Shown here: piece by piece, positions 1 through 8,589 of the stretch
Numbering within the stretch: the stretch's first letter is position 1
Layout: each line of letters starts with the position of its first letter
From: a virus
Virus genome (UHGV): UHGV-0225219
Length of the DNA stretch: 41,659 bases
Reading direction: 5' to 3' (one strand)
The notes under the pieces: model-generated
Seen by the model: only the letters and a program-made list of their open reading frames with translations
Told to the model about the DNA's origin: nothing
Database searches by the model: none
Position numbers and translations under genes: made by a program

Positions 1-95
1 CGCATGACCGTCCCCTTACCCATCCTGGACCCGAAGCCGGATGAATTTGAGACCATCTGGAAACGGATTCAGGAAGGGAAGGAGAAAGAGAAGTA
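1..95 (+). CDS. 3' end of a flanking gene (partial, probably host)
   Basis: Open frame running from the window edge to a TAA at 93-95 (…RMTVPLPILDPKPDEFETIWKRIQEGKEKEK*). Composition about 55% GC, unlike the adjacent AT-rich att-proximal DNA. Confidence 0.3.
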
Positions 96-136
96 AGTGA
101 AAGACGGGTACCGGAATGGCCGGGCCCGCCTCATTT

Positions 137-164
137 GGTAGGCAGTGACTACGATTTGCCTACC
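137..164. promoter_or_regulatory. Hairpin GGTAGGCA-N12-TGCCTACC, first copy of the TGCCTACC inverted-repeat element
   Basis: 8-bp perfect inverted repeat read directly from the sequence. It is followed by TTTTTCT at 175-181 and may terminate the upstream flanking gene. Confidence 0.4.
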
Positions 165-380
165 TTGCACAAGTTTTTCTATAACACGCTTGGTTACGCT
201 ATAGTACTTCTGGTTTTTCTATTTCTTGAAAATCTCTTATTTTAAAAGATAATAAGTTGCGCTATAATATTGTGTAGCACACATGGTTTTTTGACATCGA
301 CTTACGGTGCATGTTGAAACCGTCGTGGAACTATCACGTAAAATCAAGGATTGACAGGCTTCTTTGTTCTTGTATTGGTT

Positions 381-427
381 GCCTTGCCTACCATTTGCCT
401 ACGCTTTTTTTGGGTGGTAGGCAAGGC
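381..427. promoter_or_regulatory. 12-bp stem inverted repeat GCCTTGCCTACC-N23-GGTAGGCAAGGC directly 3' of the int stop codon
   Basis: Read directly from the sequence. It shares the TGCCTACC core with the 137-164 hairpin, and a third TGCCTAC lies in its loop. No clean U-run follows on the minus strand, so this is more likely an att-proximal recombination or binding element than a terminator. Confidence 0.4.
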
Positions 428-429
428 TG

Positions 430-1635
430 CTATGATATAGCGTCTGCCAGGATTACAATGGCATCGCTCTGCATTTTATCCGTGTTAAACACATAACGGT
501 CCATGGTGGTCTTGATGTCCTTGTGGCCCAGACGCTCCATGACGGTCTTGGGCTGGGCGCCATTCTCCGCCAACAACGTGCCATGAGTATGACGTAGGCA
601 ATGGCTGTGGAATAATGGGTTTCCCAATTCCTCATGGATAACCTTGGCGCAGTACTTGAATGAGTAAGGGGTAAGCAGCTCGCCGTTTTCTTTGGTGCTT
701 ATTGGCATTATTTCCTTACCAACAATTTTGACGTTGGCGGGAGCCTGAAAGATTAAGCCATCGTCCATTTGAAACGTCTTTGTAAAATACTGGCCGTACC
801 GGAGCATGTTCTTTTTGCGGTTACGGATTTCTGCTTTCAGTATTTTCTCGTACTCTGGTAGGATTTTTATAGTTCTGACAGAATCATATTTTGGTGACCG
901 GTAATACCACTTTCCACCCTCGTTGGCAAGCTGGTGCCGGATGGTTATGGTGTGGTGCTCGAAATCTACGTCATGCAGCAAGTCAATACCATAAGTCTCC
1001 CCCAGGCGGGTACCACAGTGGTATCCAGTCATGAGTGGCACATAGAAATTGCTATCCGGGCCAAAGCGCTCAATGATGGCTGCAAAGTCCTCTTTGACGC
1101 AGATATATTCTGTGTGTGCCTTGGCCTTCTCAGACATAACTATCTTCGGTATCCTGGCATAATCACAGGGATTATACTTGATGTATTTACAGGGATATAC
1201 CGCATACCCCAGGGCGCCGGACAGGCAGGATAATGTATTTTTAACCATGCTCCTGGAATAGCCTTGACGCTTCATTCCATCAATCCATTTTTGGATAACA
1301 TCTGTCTCCAATGATGCCAGCCGGTATTTTCCGAATGCCGGTTTGAGGTGGACACGGATTAAACGCTCATAGCCCACCTGGGTGTTATGCGCAAGGTTGG
1401 CCTTGACATAATTATCATACCAGTAATCCAGATAATCAGACATGCTGATGTCCGAGGGGGTAAACCTGCGGCCAGCAGAGTCATATTCAGCCTTGGCCTG
1501 GGTGCCGGCGGTAATGGCATCAGCTTTGGTGCGGTATCCTCCCTGACTGATTGGGTTGCGCTTACCATTGATTTTGGCTCCCTCAAAGGACCATTCCCAT
1601 GTAGAGCCACGTTTTCTTGTTCTTAACTGTCCCAT
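430..1635 (-). CDS. int: Tyrosine-type site-specific integrase
   Basis: 401-aa ORF. The C-terminal catalytic region carries R...HxLRH...Y (…FHSHCLRHTHGTLLAENG…GHKDIKTTMDRYVFN…). An N-terminal SAM-like/arm-binding region is present. AGGAGG RBS at 1645-1650. Confidence 0.9.
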   Translation of the reverse strand: MGQLRTRKRGSTWEWSFEGAKINGKRNPISQGGYRTKADAITAGTQAKAEYDSAGRRFTPSDISMSDYLDYWYDNYVKANLAHNTQVGYERLIRVHLKPAFGKYRLASLETDVIQKWIDGMKRQGYSRSMVKNTLSCLSGALGYAVYPCKYIKYNPCDYARIPKIVMSEKAKAHTEYICVKEDFAAIIERFGPDSNFYVPLMTGYHCGTRLGETYGIDLLHDVDFEHHTITIRHQLANEGGKWYYRSPKYDSVRTIKILPEYEKILKAEIRNRKKNMLRYGQYFTKTFQMDDGLIFQAPANVKIVGKEIMPISTKENGELLTPYSFKYCAKVIHEELGNPLFHSHCLRHTHGTLLAENGAQPKTVMERLGHKDIKTTMDRYVFNTDKMQSDAIVILADAIS

Positions 1636-1655
1636 ATATCATTCCTCCTGTGTTG

Positions 1656-1669
1656 TTGCGATATCGCAA
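1656..1669. repeat. Palindrome copy 1 (TTGCGATATCGCAA, 14 bp perfect; 15/16 match to GTTGCGATATCGCAAC)
   Basis: Read directly. It sits 20 bp upstream of the int start, just beyond its RBS. Confidence 0.8.
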
Positions 1670-1792
1670 TAGATTTTGGGTAAAATTAATACGCCCCTTG
1701 CCAGGACGCTCCAGGAATGATATAATTTACTTGCTTAGGGTAATTATATCTTCCAGGCGTACCTGGTAAGAGAAAATCTATGTGAAAAGCTT

Positions 1793-1822
1793 CTGTGTTC
1801 CCGCACAGGGGCTTTTTGCTTT
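1793..1822. terminator. Possible weak intrinsic terminator between gene X and int
   Basis: CTGTG-ttcccg-CACAG stem followed by GGGGCTTTTTGCTTT. Confidence 0.3.
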
Positions 1823-2725
1823 CTAAATTTCATAATTAAATATATTCTGATAATTATTGTTAATCAATTTATCCACACGGCGGACAATTAAACTTATTCC
1901 GACTAAGCGCAGTTGAATGGTACTATATCCAATAGTTATATCAGCCTTTCCTATGTTTCCATCACTCATAAAAAATATAGATCCATATGAGGAACGATTT
2001 AAAAATATTGGCTCTCCTTCAACTTCAGAAAAATGTAAAACCATAGGATATTTGTTTTTCTTACGTGTCGCCGTATAAGGCGTACATTCTACATAGGTAG
2101 CTGGAAGTGAATCCAATAAAATTGGTTTTATATAGTCAAAATATATATTTTCAGTGCATATATAAAAATCATTTCCATCTGGCAGGTAAGAATCGGCCTG
2201 TTGAAAAATATCATTAATGTAGTTAATTGCTGAAAGAGCAATATATTGATTGTTTTTATTAAGCGAAAACCATGCAATTCCATTTGTATGTTGTAAATTT
2301 AATATCCAACGTAACTCAAACGGTAAGTTTGGAAACTTTGCCATATCATCAACAGTAATATTATTGTTTATTTCAACCATTGTTTTTTGTCTTAATTCTT
2401 TTTTTTGACGGTTTTCTTTATAATGTCTTTCGCGCTCAATTTCATCTTCACCCTGCGTACCATATCCAGCTAATGTGATTTCATTTGATTTTCTTATGCA
2501 TGTACCAGCAAGTTCGTAATCCCCATTTGATTTATATATATGAATAGCGTTTTTTCTTAAGATATAGTCAATTCCATAATTTTTGCCAAATACATTTGCA
2601 GTTACGGACAAACACGGAATCTTTTCAACGTCCTCTTTTTTCATGATATCATATTCGACTCCGGCTATTTTAAAAGAAACGCTTTTGTATTTAAAAATAT
2701 CATCAAACGTAAGGTCTTTATCCAT
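1823..2725 (-). CDS. Hypothetical 300-aa protein, AT-rich, last gene of the repressor operon
   Basis: Long ORF at about 33% GC against about 50% for the phage. Its start lies 8 nt after the ImmA stop. No recognisable catalytic motif. Predicted two-domain layout with a charged linker (EIERERHYKENRQKKELRQK). Confidence 0.65.
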   Translation of the reverse strand: MDKDLTFDDIFKYKSVSFKIAGVEYDIMKKEDVEKIPCLSVTANVFGKNYGIDYILRKNAIHIYKSNGDYELAGTCIRKSNEITLAGYGTQGEDEIERERHYKENRQKKELRQKTMVEINNNITVDDMAKFPNLPFELRWILNLQHTNGIAWFSLNKNNQYIALSAINYINDIFQQADSYLPDGNDFYICTENIYFDYIKPILLDSLPATYVECTPYTATRKKNKYPMVLHFSEVEGEPIFLNRSSYGSIFFMSDGNIGKADITIGYSTIQLRLVGISLIVRRVDKLINNNYQNIFNYEI

Positions 2726-2732
2726 AAGCCAC

Positions 2733-3164
2733 CTATCTTAATCGTGATTCAACGGTATAATAGTCGCAACCGTATAATTCAGCTATATCATTACTGCTAT
2801 AGTTTGAATGCTCTGTAATAAAATCATTAGTTATAACCATGAATGCCGAAAAGAGGTTTGCTTCCCTTTCAACGCGTGAATTGAGATATGTATAATTTCT
2901 CAAAAAGTAACAATTCTGTTTACGGTGCATAATTGCGTGTCCTAACTCATGGGCCATAACAAAGAGTAACTCTGGACCCTCTATACAATTATTGATAAAA
3001 ATACATCGGTGGTTTTTTGCAAATAAATAGCACCCCGCATATTCCCCCAACGGGCCAAACTGAACTTCTATCTTTAATTGTCGAGCAATTTTAAAAGGGT
3101 CAGCTGTACCACAAAGCCTTATATAATAAGCAACAAGGCGCTTAATGCGTTCTTTATCCCCCAT
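2733..3164 (-). CDS. immA: ImmA/IrrE-family zinc metallopeptidase (anti-repressor protease)
   Basis: 143 aa with HExxH in …VMAHELGHAIMH…. It lies immediately downstream of the XRE repressor, as in ICEBs1 and phi105 ImmR/ImmA modules. Confidence 0.8.
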   Translation of the reverse strand: MGDKERIKRLVAYYIRLCGTADPFKIARQLKIEVQFGPLGEYAGCYLFAKNHRCIFINNCIEGPELLFVMAHELGHAIMHRKQNCYFLRNYTYLNSRVEREANLFSAFMVITNDFITEHSNYSSNDIAELYGCDYYTVESRLR

Positions 3165-3172
3165 ATGCTCAC

Positions 3173-3598
3173 CTACTTTTTGTTCTTGTAAGGGTTGTAT
3201 TTTTCTTTATTGATTTTCTTCAGATGGTGTAACATGATGTCCAACTGCTGGGCAAATAGCTCTTGTGTTTCTTCTGGTATTTCATCCCCCTCAAAACTTG
3301 CAGGCCCGGCCTCACCTTTTCTTAGCTTCTCCATAATATTACTTAAATCCTTTGCAATATCTCGTTCATCCTTTGGGGTGAGTGTAATCTCTTTCTTTTC
3401 CGGCTCTTCTTTTCCCGTCATCAGATAATCAACAGTTACACCAAAATAGTCGGCAATTTTTTGTAGTTTGTCTTGTTTCGGAGTACTTCTTCCGGTTTTC
3501 CAGTCTGTAAAAGTAGACCCCGCTATTCCTGTTGCTTTAGATACTTTATAAGCGGTTACTCCATATTTTTCTAATAATTTCACAAATATTTCGTACAT
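3173..3598 (-). CDS. XRE-family HTH repressor (CI-like/ImmR-like)
   Basis: 141 aa. N-terminal HTH (…GVTAYKVSKATGIAGSTFTDWKTGRSTPKQDKLQKIADYFGV…) and a C-terminal charged region. Divergent from the cro-like gene. Confidence 0.85.
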   Translation of the reverse strand: MYEIFVKLLEKYGVTAYKVSKATGIAGSTFTDWKTGRSTPKQDKLQKIADYFGVTVDYLMTGKEEPEKKEITLTPKDERDIAKDLSNIMEKLRKGEAGPASFEGDEIPEETQELFAQQLDIMLHHLKKINKEKYNPYKNKK

Positions 3599-3617
3599 AA
3601 AATACCTCCTAAAAATA

Positions 3618-3810
3618 TTTATGAAATCATAAATAAAACGCTTGACTAGTTATGAATCCCATGATATAGTATAGTCATGGTTATGAAATCATAGATAAAA
3701 GCGAACTATAAAATGATTTTCATAATTGTTTCGGAAATGCTAATGTTTAATGTGGTAATTAAACTATATCACATTTCCGAACTAAATTCAATATTTATTT
3801 ATGAAAATAT
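3618..3810. promoter_or_regulatory. Divergent early promoter/operator region with repeated TTATGA-N2/3-TCATAA operator palindromes
   Basis: Operator-like inverted repeats at 3618-3633 (TTTATGAAATCATAAA), 3681-3694 (TTATGAAATCATAG), 3713-3725 (ATGATTTTCATAA) and a half-site at 3798-3810. A TTGACT-17-TATAGT promoter-like element lies at 3642-3670. Confidence 0.6.
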
Positions 3811-3833
3811 TATGTTTATAGGAGGTGAAAAAA

Positions 3834-4037
3834 GTGTATAAAAAATTTGCTGAACTACTTTTTCAGCGTGGGTTAACGGCCTATAGGGTATCAAAAGATA
3901 CCGGGATACCCGCCAATACTTTTACTGACTGGAAAAATGGCCGTAGTAAACCAAAGTTTGACAAGTTGTTAATCCTGGCAAAGTATTTCGGCGTTCCGGT
4001 GGAGTACTTTGCAGATGAAAAGGAGGAGGACGCATGA
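3834..4037 (+). CDS. Cro-like XRE HTH protein
   Basis: GGAGGTG RBS at 3821-3827, then GTG at 3834. The track ORF start at 3825 overlaps the RBS. The HTH is a close paralogue of the repressor HTH (…GLTAYRVSKDTGIPANTFTDWKNGRSKPKFDKLLILAKYFGV…). Confidence 0.8.
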   Translation: MYKKFAELLFQRGLTAYRVSKDTGIPANTFTDWKNGRSKPKFDKLLILAKYFGVPVEYFADEKEEDA

Positions 4038-4858
4038 ACGATTTAAAAATTTTTAACAATGCCGAGTTCGGGCAGATACGGACTGTAGAGATTGAAGGAA
4101 AGATTTATTTTGTAGCAAGTGATGTGGCAAAATCCCTGGGGTATGAAAAACCTGCCAATGCTGTAGCGATGCATTGCCGGTATACCCTAAAACAGGGTAT
4201 ACCTCACCCACAGAACCCAGAGAAGCAGATAGAAGTCAATGTCATCCCCGAGGGAGACATGTACCGCCTAATCACCCATAGTAAACTGGAATCAGCAGAA
4301 CGCTTTGAATCATGGGTGTTTGATGAAGTCCTGCCATCCCTTCGCAAGACCGGTTCTTATGAGATGCCAAAGAAGGAGAAGCAGGACAAGACCAAACGCC
4401 TGCCGCTTTCCTCCGTCAATATGATGGTGAAGAATGTCATGAGCACTTTGGAGAAGGCAAAGGTAGAACCGGTATATGTGGCAGCGGAGGTAAAACGGCT
4501 GTACACAGATTTAGGGTATGAAGTCAAAGCACCGCTCCTTACAGATAAAGAGGACATGCCAAAGCTCTATGACTGTACAGAGATAGCCAAGGAACTTGGT
4601 ATCTACTCTGCCAGCGGGAAGCCCCACAATCAGGCCGTAAGTGCCATCATTAAAAAGCTGCATATTCCGAGCAGTGAGATTGTTACCACAGCGTTCAGCC
4701 GGAATGGGCATGAAGATGTGACAGTACAGTATAAGCCAACCGTATTGGAAGATGTGAGACTGTGGCTGATAGAAAATTTTTATCCCGCCAGAATCCCTTA
4801 CGTGGATTCTAAGGGCAATCAGAAAACATGTACTGTAGTATATCGCGAGGCAGTGTAA
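4034..4858 (+). CDS. ant: Phage antirepressor (Bro-N/AntA N-terminal domain plus KilAC C-terminal domain)
   Basis: 274 aa. The N-terminus (…KIFNNAEFGQIRTVEIEGKIYFVASDVAKSLGY…) is typical of Bro-N. The start overlaps the cro-like stop (ATGA). Confidence 0.8.
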   Translation: MNDLKIFNNAEFGQIRTVEIEGKIYFVASDVAKSLGYEKPANAVAMHCRYTLKQGIPHPQNPEKQIEVNVIPEGDMYRLITHSKLESAERFESWVFDEVLPSLRKTGSYEMPKKEKQDKTKRLPLSSVNMMVKNVMSTLEKAKVEPVYVAAEVKRLYTDLGYEVKAPLLTDKEDMPKLYDCTEIAKELGIYSASGKPHNQAVSAIIKKLHIPSSEIVTTAFSRNGHEDVTVQYKPTVLEDVRLWLIENFYPARIPYVDSKGNQKTCTVVYREAV

Positions 4859-4891
4859 ACAATATGTCAACTGGGAAAGGAGGTGAGAGAA

Positions 4892-5098
4892 ATGGCTGTT
4901 AGTAAGATTACAGAAATAGAAGAAATCCTCTACGAACAGGTGATACTACTTGCAGAGGACTCCAAACGTAATGACATTGATTCTGAAACTCTTAGAAAGA
5001 ATACTGACACGATATTAACTGTGAGGAATTCGATTATTCAGAATCCGGCATGGCCAGTGCCCGGAGCGGACACGGTGGTATCCGTGCAAGGACTATGA
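4892..5098 (+). CDS. Hypothetical small protein
   Basis: AAGGAGGTGA RBS then ATG at 4892. 68 aa. Confidence 0.45.
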   Translation: MAVSKITEIEEILYEQVILLAEDSKRNDIDSETLRKNTDTILTVRNSIIQNPAWPVPGADTVVSVQGL

Positions 5099-5355
5099 GA
5101 GGAAGGAAACAAGTACAACCGGTACCGCATACAATCTACCAGGGAGGGGTGGTGATAGTGCAGAAATTGAAAGTATTCAAATACATAGAAATTGATGGCC
5201 AGGATGTTCCAATGGAATCACTGACTGATGAAGAAAAACGGCGCATTGCCTATGCGCTGCAGGACAATCTAATGCTTCCACTGGGGTTTCGGAGGAAGAG
5301 AAAGACCGCCTAAGGGCGGCCATGGAGGACAAGCGTAGAAAGGAGGGACAAGCCA

Positions 5356-5619
5356 ATGACAAAAGTAACTGAGTTAGCCATCCGCGCCAAAGTAGCGGTC
5401 CTGTATCCTGGCTGGCGTGTGGATTTTGTAGGACCGGCTACCATAGCACTGACCCATGTCATGGGTAGGGAGCGGGTGATTGAGGTGCGGCACCGCAGGA
5501 GACGCCGGGACGGCCCAATCATGAGGGCAGCTAAGTGGATTGTACCGGCGGTCATCTGGCTGCTGGGGATGTGGATGGTAGCTATCGTGGTCATGGCGCT
5601 GGCCATGGGTGTAATTTGA
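5356..5619 (+). CDS. Hypothetical small protein with C-terminal TM helix
   Basis: 87-aa ORF with a GGAGGG RBS. C-terminal hydrophobic stretch AVIWLLGMWMVAIVVMALAMGVI. Confidence 0.45.
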   Translation: MTKVTELAIRAKVAVLYPGWRVDFVGPATIALTHVMGRERVIEVRHRRRRRDGPIMRAAKWIVPAVIWLLGMWMVAIVVMALAMGVI

Positions 5620-5634
5620 GGGGAGGTGAAATGA

Positions 5635-5868
5635 TTGAGAAAAAAGATGGTCAAGAAGCTGACAGCGTTGGATTGCATAAAGGAATCTGGGTGCCAAGAC
5701 TTTGAAACGGCATTCCCAAGAGTCACCGGCTATATAAGCGAGTGCGCTAAACATAATCCGGATGCATTATATACAGCAACGGAAGTGGCGGAGCTGATGG
5801 AATATCTATTTGAGCTCCGAAGGAGAAAAAAGGACCCCAGCGGCGGCAACCGCGAAGAGGTCCAATAA
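5635..5868 (+). CDS. Hypothetical small protein
   Basis: GGGGAGGTGA RBS at 5620-5629, then a TTG start (ATG at 5647 is the alternative). Confidence 0.4.
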   Translation: MRKKMVKKLTALDCIKESGCQDFETAFPRVTGYISECAKHNPDALYTATEVAELMEYLFELRRRKKDPSGGNREEVQ

Positions 5869-5918
5869 CTAAAAAACAACACACCCTTATTATAAGGGAG
5901 ATATCGGAGGATTACAAG

Positions 5919-6104
5919 GTGGCAATATCTAAAACTTATTATCCTGGCAGCCATGTAAAGATTACAGCACCATTTTTTACAATGGTATGCAGTTGTGGCC
6001 TGCGGCACTGGTCCCTGCTGGGCGAGATTACACCATGTCCAAACTGCGGGAAGTTAATGAGATTGGAAGGTGAACAAGATGTCAGTAAGCAAGCGCATAT
6101 TTAA
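5919..6104 (+). CDS. Small zinc-ribbon-like protein (C-x-C…C-x-x-C)
   Basis: 61 aa with a CSCG…CPNCG motif. Confidence 0.4.
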   Translation: MAISKTYYPGSHVKITAPFFTMVCSCGLRHWSLLGEITPCPNCGKLMRLEGEQDVSKQAHI

Positions 6105-6732
6105 AAGCCGGGAGGAATGGCTGGAAGGACGTAAGGGACATATCGGGGGCTCTGATGCCAGTGCTTGCGTGGGGATGAACCCTTACAAAGACAATGTGCA
6201 GCTTTGGGAAGAAAAACGTGGCTTGGTTATTCCGGAGGATATATCGGACCGGGAATACGTCAGGTATGGTACCGAGGCGGAAAAGTATCTGAGAGCTTTA
6301 TTCGCCATGGATTATCCACAATACCGAGTGACCTATGACGAGGATAACATGTTTACAAATACGGCCTATCCGTGGATGCATGCCTCCCTGGATGGCGAGC
6401 TTGTGGATAAGAATGGTCGCCGCGGAATCCTGGAAATAAAGACCACCAATATCCTGCAAAGCATGCAGCGTGAGAAGTGGCGTGACCGGATACCGGATAA
6501 TTATTTCTGTCAGGTGCTGCATTACCTGGCCGTGACGGAATATGATTTTGCAGTCCTTAAAGCCCAGCTCAAAAGCGAATGGGGCGGGGAGTTGCGGATT
6601 ACAACCAAACATTATTTTATAGAGCGAAAGGACGTTGAGGAGGACATCAAGTATCTGGTTGAGGCCGAAAGGCGGTTCTGGGACTGTGTGGTCACGGGAC
6701 GCAGGCCGGATCTGATTCTCCCGGCGATATAG
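6079..6732 (+). CDS. YqaJ-like viral recombination exonuclease (PD-(D/E)xK, lambda Exo-like)
   Basis: About 217 aa. Motifs …GHIGGSDASACVG… and …ASLDGELVD…LEIKT… are typical of the YqaJ family. Positioned upstream of DUF1351 and RecT. Confidence 0.7.
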   Translation: MSVSKRIFKSREEWLEGRKGHIGGSDASACVGMNPYKDNVQLWEEKRGLVIPEDISDREYVRYGTEAEKYLRALFAMDYPQYRVTYDEDNMFTNTAYPWMHASLDGELVDKNGRRGILEIKTTNILQSMQREKWRDRIPDNYFCQVLHYLAVTEYDFAVLKAQLKSEWGGELRITTKHYFIERKDVEEDIKYLVEAERRFWDCVVTGRRPDLILPAI

Positions 6733-6739
6733 GTGAGGG

Positions 6740-7648
6740 ATGGAACTGAAAATTTACAACCCGCAGGAAGATGGGTTTGTCCAGAAAATCGAATGGAACT
6801 ATGAGGAACTTAAGGCAGAGGTTTCAATTGCTGCGGATGAGTATGCTGCGTCTGTGTACACGGATGAAACCATCAAGCAGGCTAAGGCAGATAAGGCCAA
6901 GCTTAATAAATTTATAGAAGCCTTGACTGGAACCCGGACGAAAGTCAGGAAGAAGCTCCTGGCGCCAGATGAACAGTTCGGGAGAGAAGTAAAGGACATT
7001 GAGGGTATTGTTCGGAAAGCCATTGATAATATAGATGGCCAGATTAAAGATTATGAGCGTCGCCAGCGCGAGGAAAAGACAGCCAAGGTCCGGGACTTTT
7101 ATGACGCAAATATCCATGATATCGAAAAATATCTACCCTTTGAACGTGTAATGAAACCAGAATATGCCCTGACCTCCACCACCATGAAGTCCATCAAAGA
7201 GGAAATAACCGCTCTTATCCAGCGGGTGGACGAGGGACTTGCCATCCTGAATGAGGTGGACAGCCCATACGCTGGGGACATGAAGGAGGTTTTCCTTCGG
7301 AATTATGATATTGGCGCCGCAATGGCAGAGCGGAACCGTCTGGAAGCGGCAGAACAGAAACGAAAGGAATATGAAGCGGAACAGGCCAGAAAGAAAGCAG
7401 AGCGCGATGCCAGGATAAAGGCAGAGGCCCAGGAAGTAATCAATGCAGGAAAGCGCGAGGCTGAAAAACCGATACCAGACACAAAACTTGATATCAAGTC
7501 CGGTGTCCAGCAGCCCAGGATGGAGACCGTGGAGAATCCAGTGAATATCATTGATTTCCGGGTGTATGTGACAACAGGACAGGCGGCAGCACTTAAGCAC
7601 TTTTTAAAAACCAACGGTATCCGGTTTGAGCCGGTACCGAAGCAGTAA
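6740..7648 (+). CDS. DUF1351-family phage protein (RecT-associated)
   Basis: 302 aa with a charged coiled-coil central region. The family typically sits between yqaJ and recT in Firmicutes phages. Confidence 0.5.
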   Translation: MELKIYNPQEDGFVQKIEWNYEELKAEVSIAADEYAASVYTDETIKQAKADKAKLNKFIEALTGTRTKVRKKLLAPDEQFGREVKDIEGIVRKAIDNIDGQIKDYERRQREEKTAKVRDFYDANIHDIEKYLPFERVMKPEYALTSTTMKSIKEEITALIQRVDEGLAILNEVDSPYAGDMKEVFLRNYDIGAAMAERNRLEAAEQKRKEYEAEQARKKAERDARIKAEAQEVINAGKREAEKPIPDTKLDIKSGVQQPRMETVENPVNIIDFRVYVTTGQAAALKHFLKTNGIRFEPVPKQ

Positions 7649-7663
7649 GAGGAGGATAAGACA

Positions 7664-8560
7664 ATGGCAGTAGGAAACAGTTTAACAAGCAGGATCCAGA
7701 AACAGGGATTGACTGCATACCTTGCGCAGGATGCAGTTAAGAATCAGATTAACAGTATAATCGGTGGAAAAAATGGAGCAAGGTTTATTTCCAGTATTGT
7801 ATCTGCGGTTCAGGCCACCCCCGCACTGCAGGAGTGCACAAACCCCAGTATATTGAGTGCAGCACTATTAGGCGAATCCCTTAATCTTTCACCCAGTCCA
7901 CAGTTAGGACAGTTTTACATGGTTCCATATGACAACAGAAGCAAGGGAGCCAAGGAAGCACAGTTCCAGCTTGGCTATAAAGGGTATATCCAGCTGGCTA
8001 TCCGGAGTGGACAGTATAAAAAACTTAATGTTCTTGCAATCAAGGAGGGGGAACTGGTTCGATTTGACCCACTGAATGAGGAAATAGAGGTCAGATTGAT
8101 TGAGGATGAAGTACTTCGTGAACAGGCCACTACGATTGGATACTATGCCATGTTTGAGTATGTAAACGGGTTCCGCAAGGCTATGTATTGGAGCAGGAGC
8201 AAAATGGTAGCCCATGCCAAGAAATATAGCCCAGGATACAAGAAAGACCTGGAAAAAGGGACACAGTGGACATTCTGGGCAAAGGATTTTGATGGTATGG
8301 CATACAAGACGATGCTCCGGCAGCTCATTAGTAAATGGGGCATTATGAGCATTGACCTGGTACAGGCCATAGATGCGGATATGGCTGTCATCCACGATGA
8401 TGGAACCAAGGATTATGTGGAGACAGATATGGACAATATAGCTGCGGAGCAGCCGGCAGTGAGTCCGGAACCGGAGGTTGGATCACAGGGACAGGAAGCC
8501 ATGGAGCAGACTGTTCAGCCTGAGCAGAGCAATGATGTTGCAGACAATTTCTTTTCATAA
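7664..8560 (+). CDS. recT: RecT-family single-strand annealing recombinase
   Basis: 298 aa. …FQLGYKGYIQLAIRSGQYK… and …GYYAMFEYVNGF… are characteristic of RecT. Confidence 0.8.
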   Translation: MAVGNSLTSRIQKQGLTAYLAQDAVKNQINSIIGGKNGARFISSIVSAVQATPALQECTNPSILSAALLGESLNLSPSPQLGQFYMVPYDNRSKGAKEAQFQLGYKGYIQLAIRSGQYKKLNVLAIKEGELVRFDPLNEEIEVRLIEDEVLREQATTIGYYAMFEYVNGFRKAMYWSRSKMVAHAKKYSPGYKKDLEKGTQWTFWAKDFDGMAYKTMLRQLISKWGIMSIDLVQAIDADMAVIHDDGTKDYVETDMDNIAAEQPAVSPEPEVGSQGQEAMEQTVQPEQSNDVADNFFS

Positions 8561-8589
8561 TGAAACAATCTGAGGAAGGAGGTGATTAA

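Noticed and set aside
350-357. ATTGACAG shared by the left end (350-357) and right end (41317-41324) as the att core
   Set aside because: An 8-mer match between two roughly 330-bp regions is expected by chance about once or twice. Joining the flanks at this site does not reconstruct a sensible ORF.
96-430. tRNA gene as the integration target next to int
   Set aside because: No cloverleaf-compatible segment, no GTTC/T-loop motif and no CCA-ended acceptor stem could be found by eye. The hairpins present are simple inverted repeats.
311-496. 61-aa plus-strand ORF spanning the attL hairpin and the int 3' end
   Set aside because: It overlaps the integrase stop region on the opposite strand and runs through the 12-bp stem inverted repeat. 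There is no RBS and it is probably spurious.
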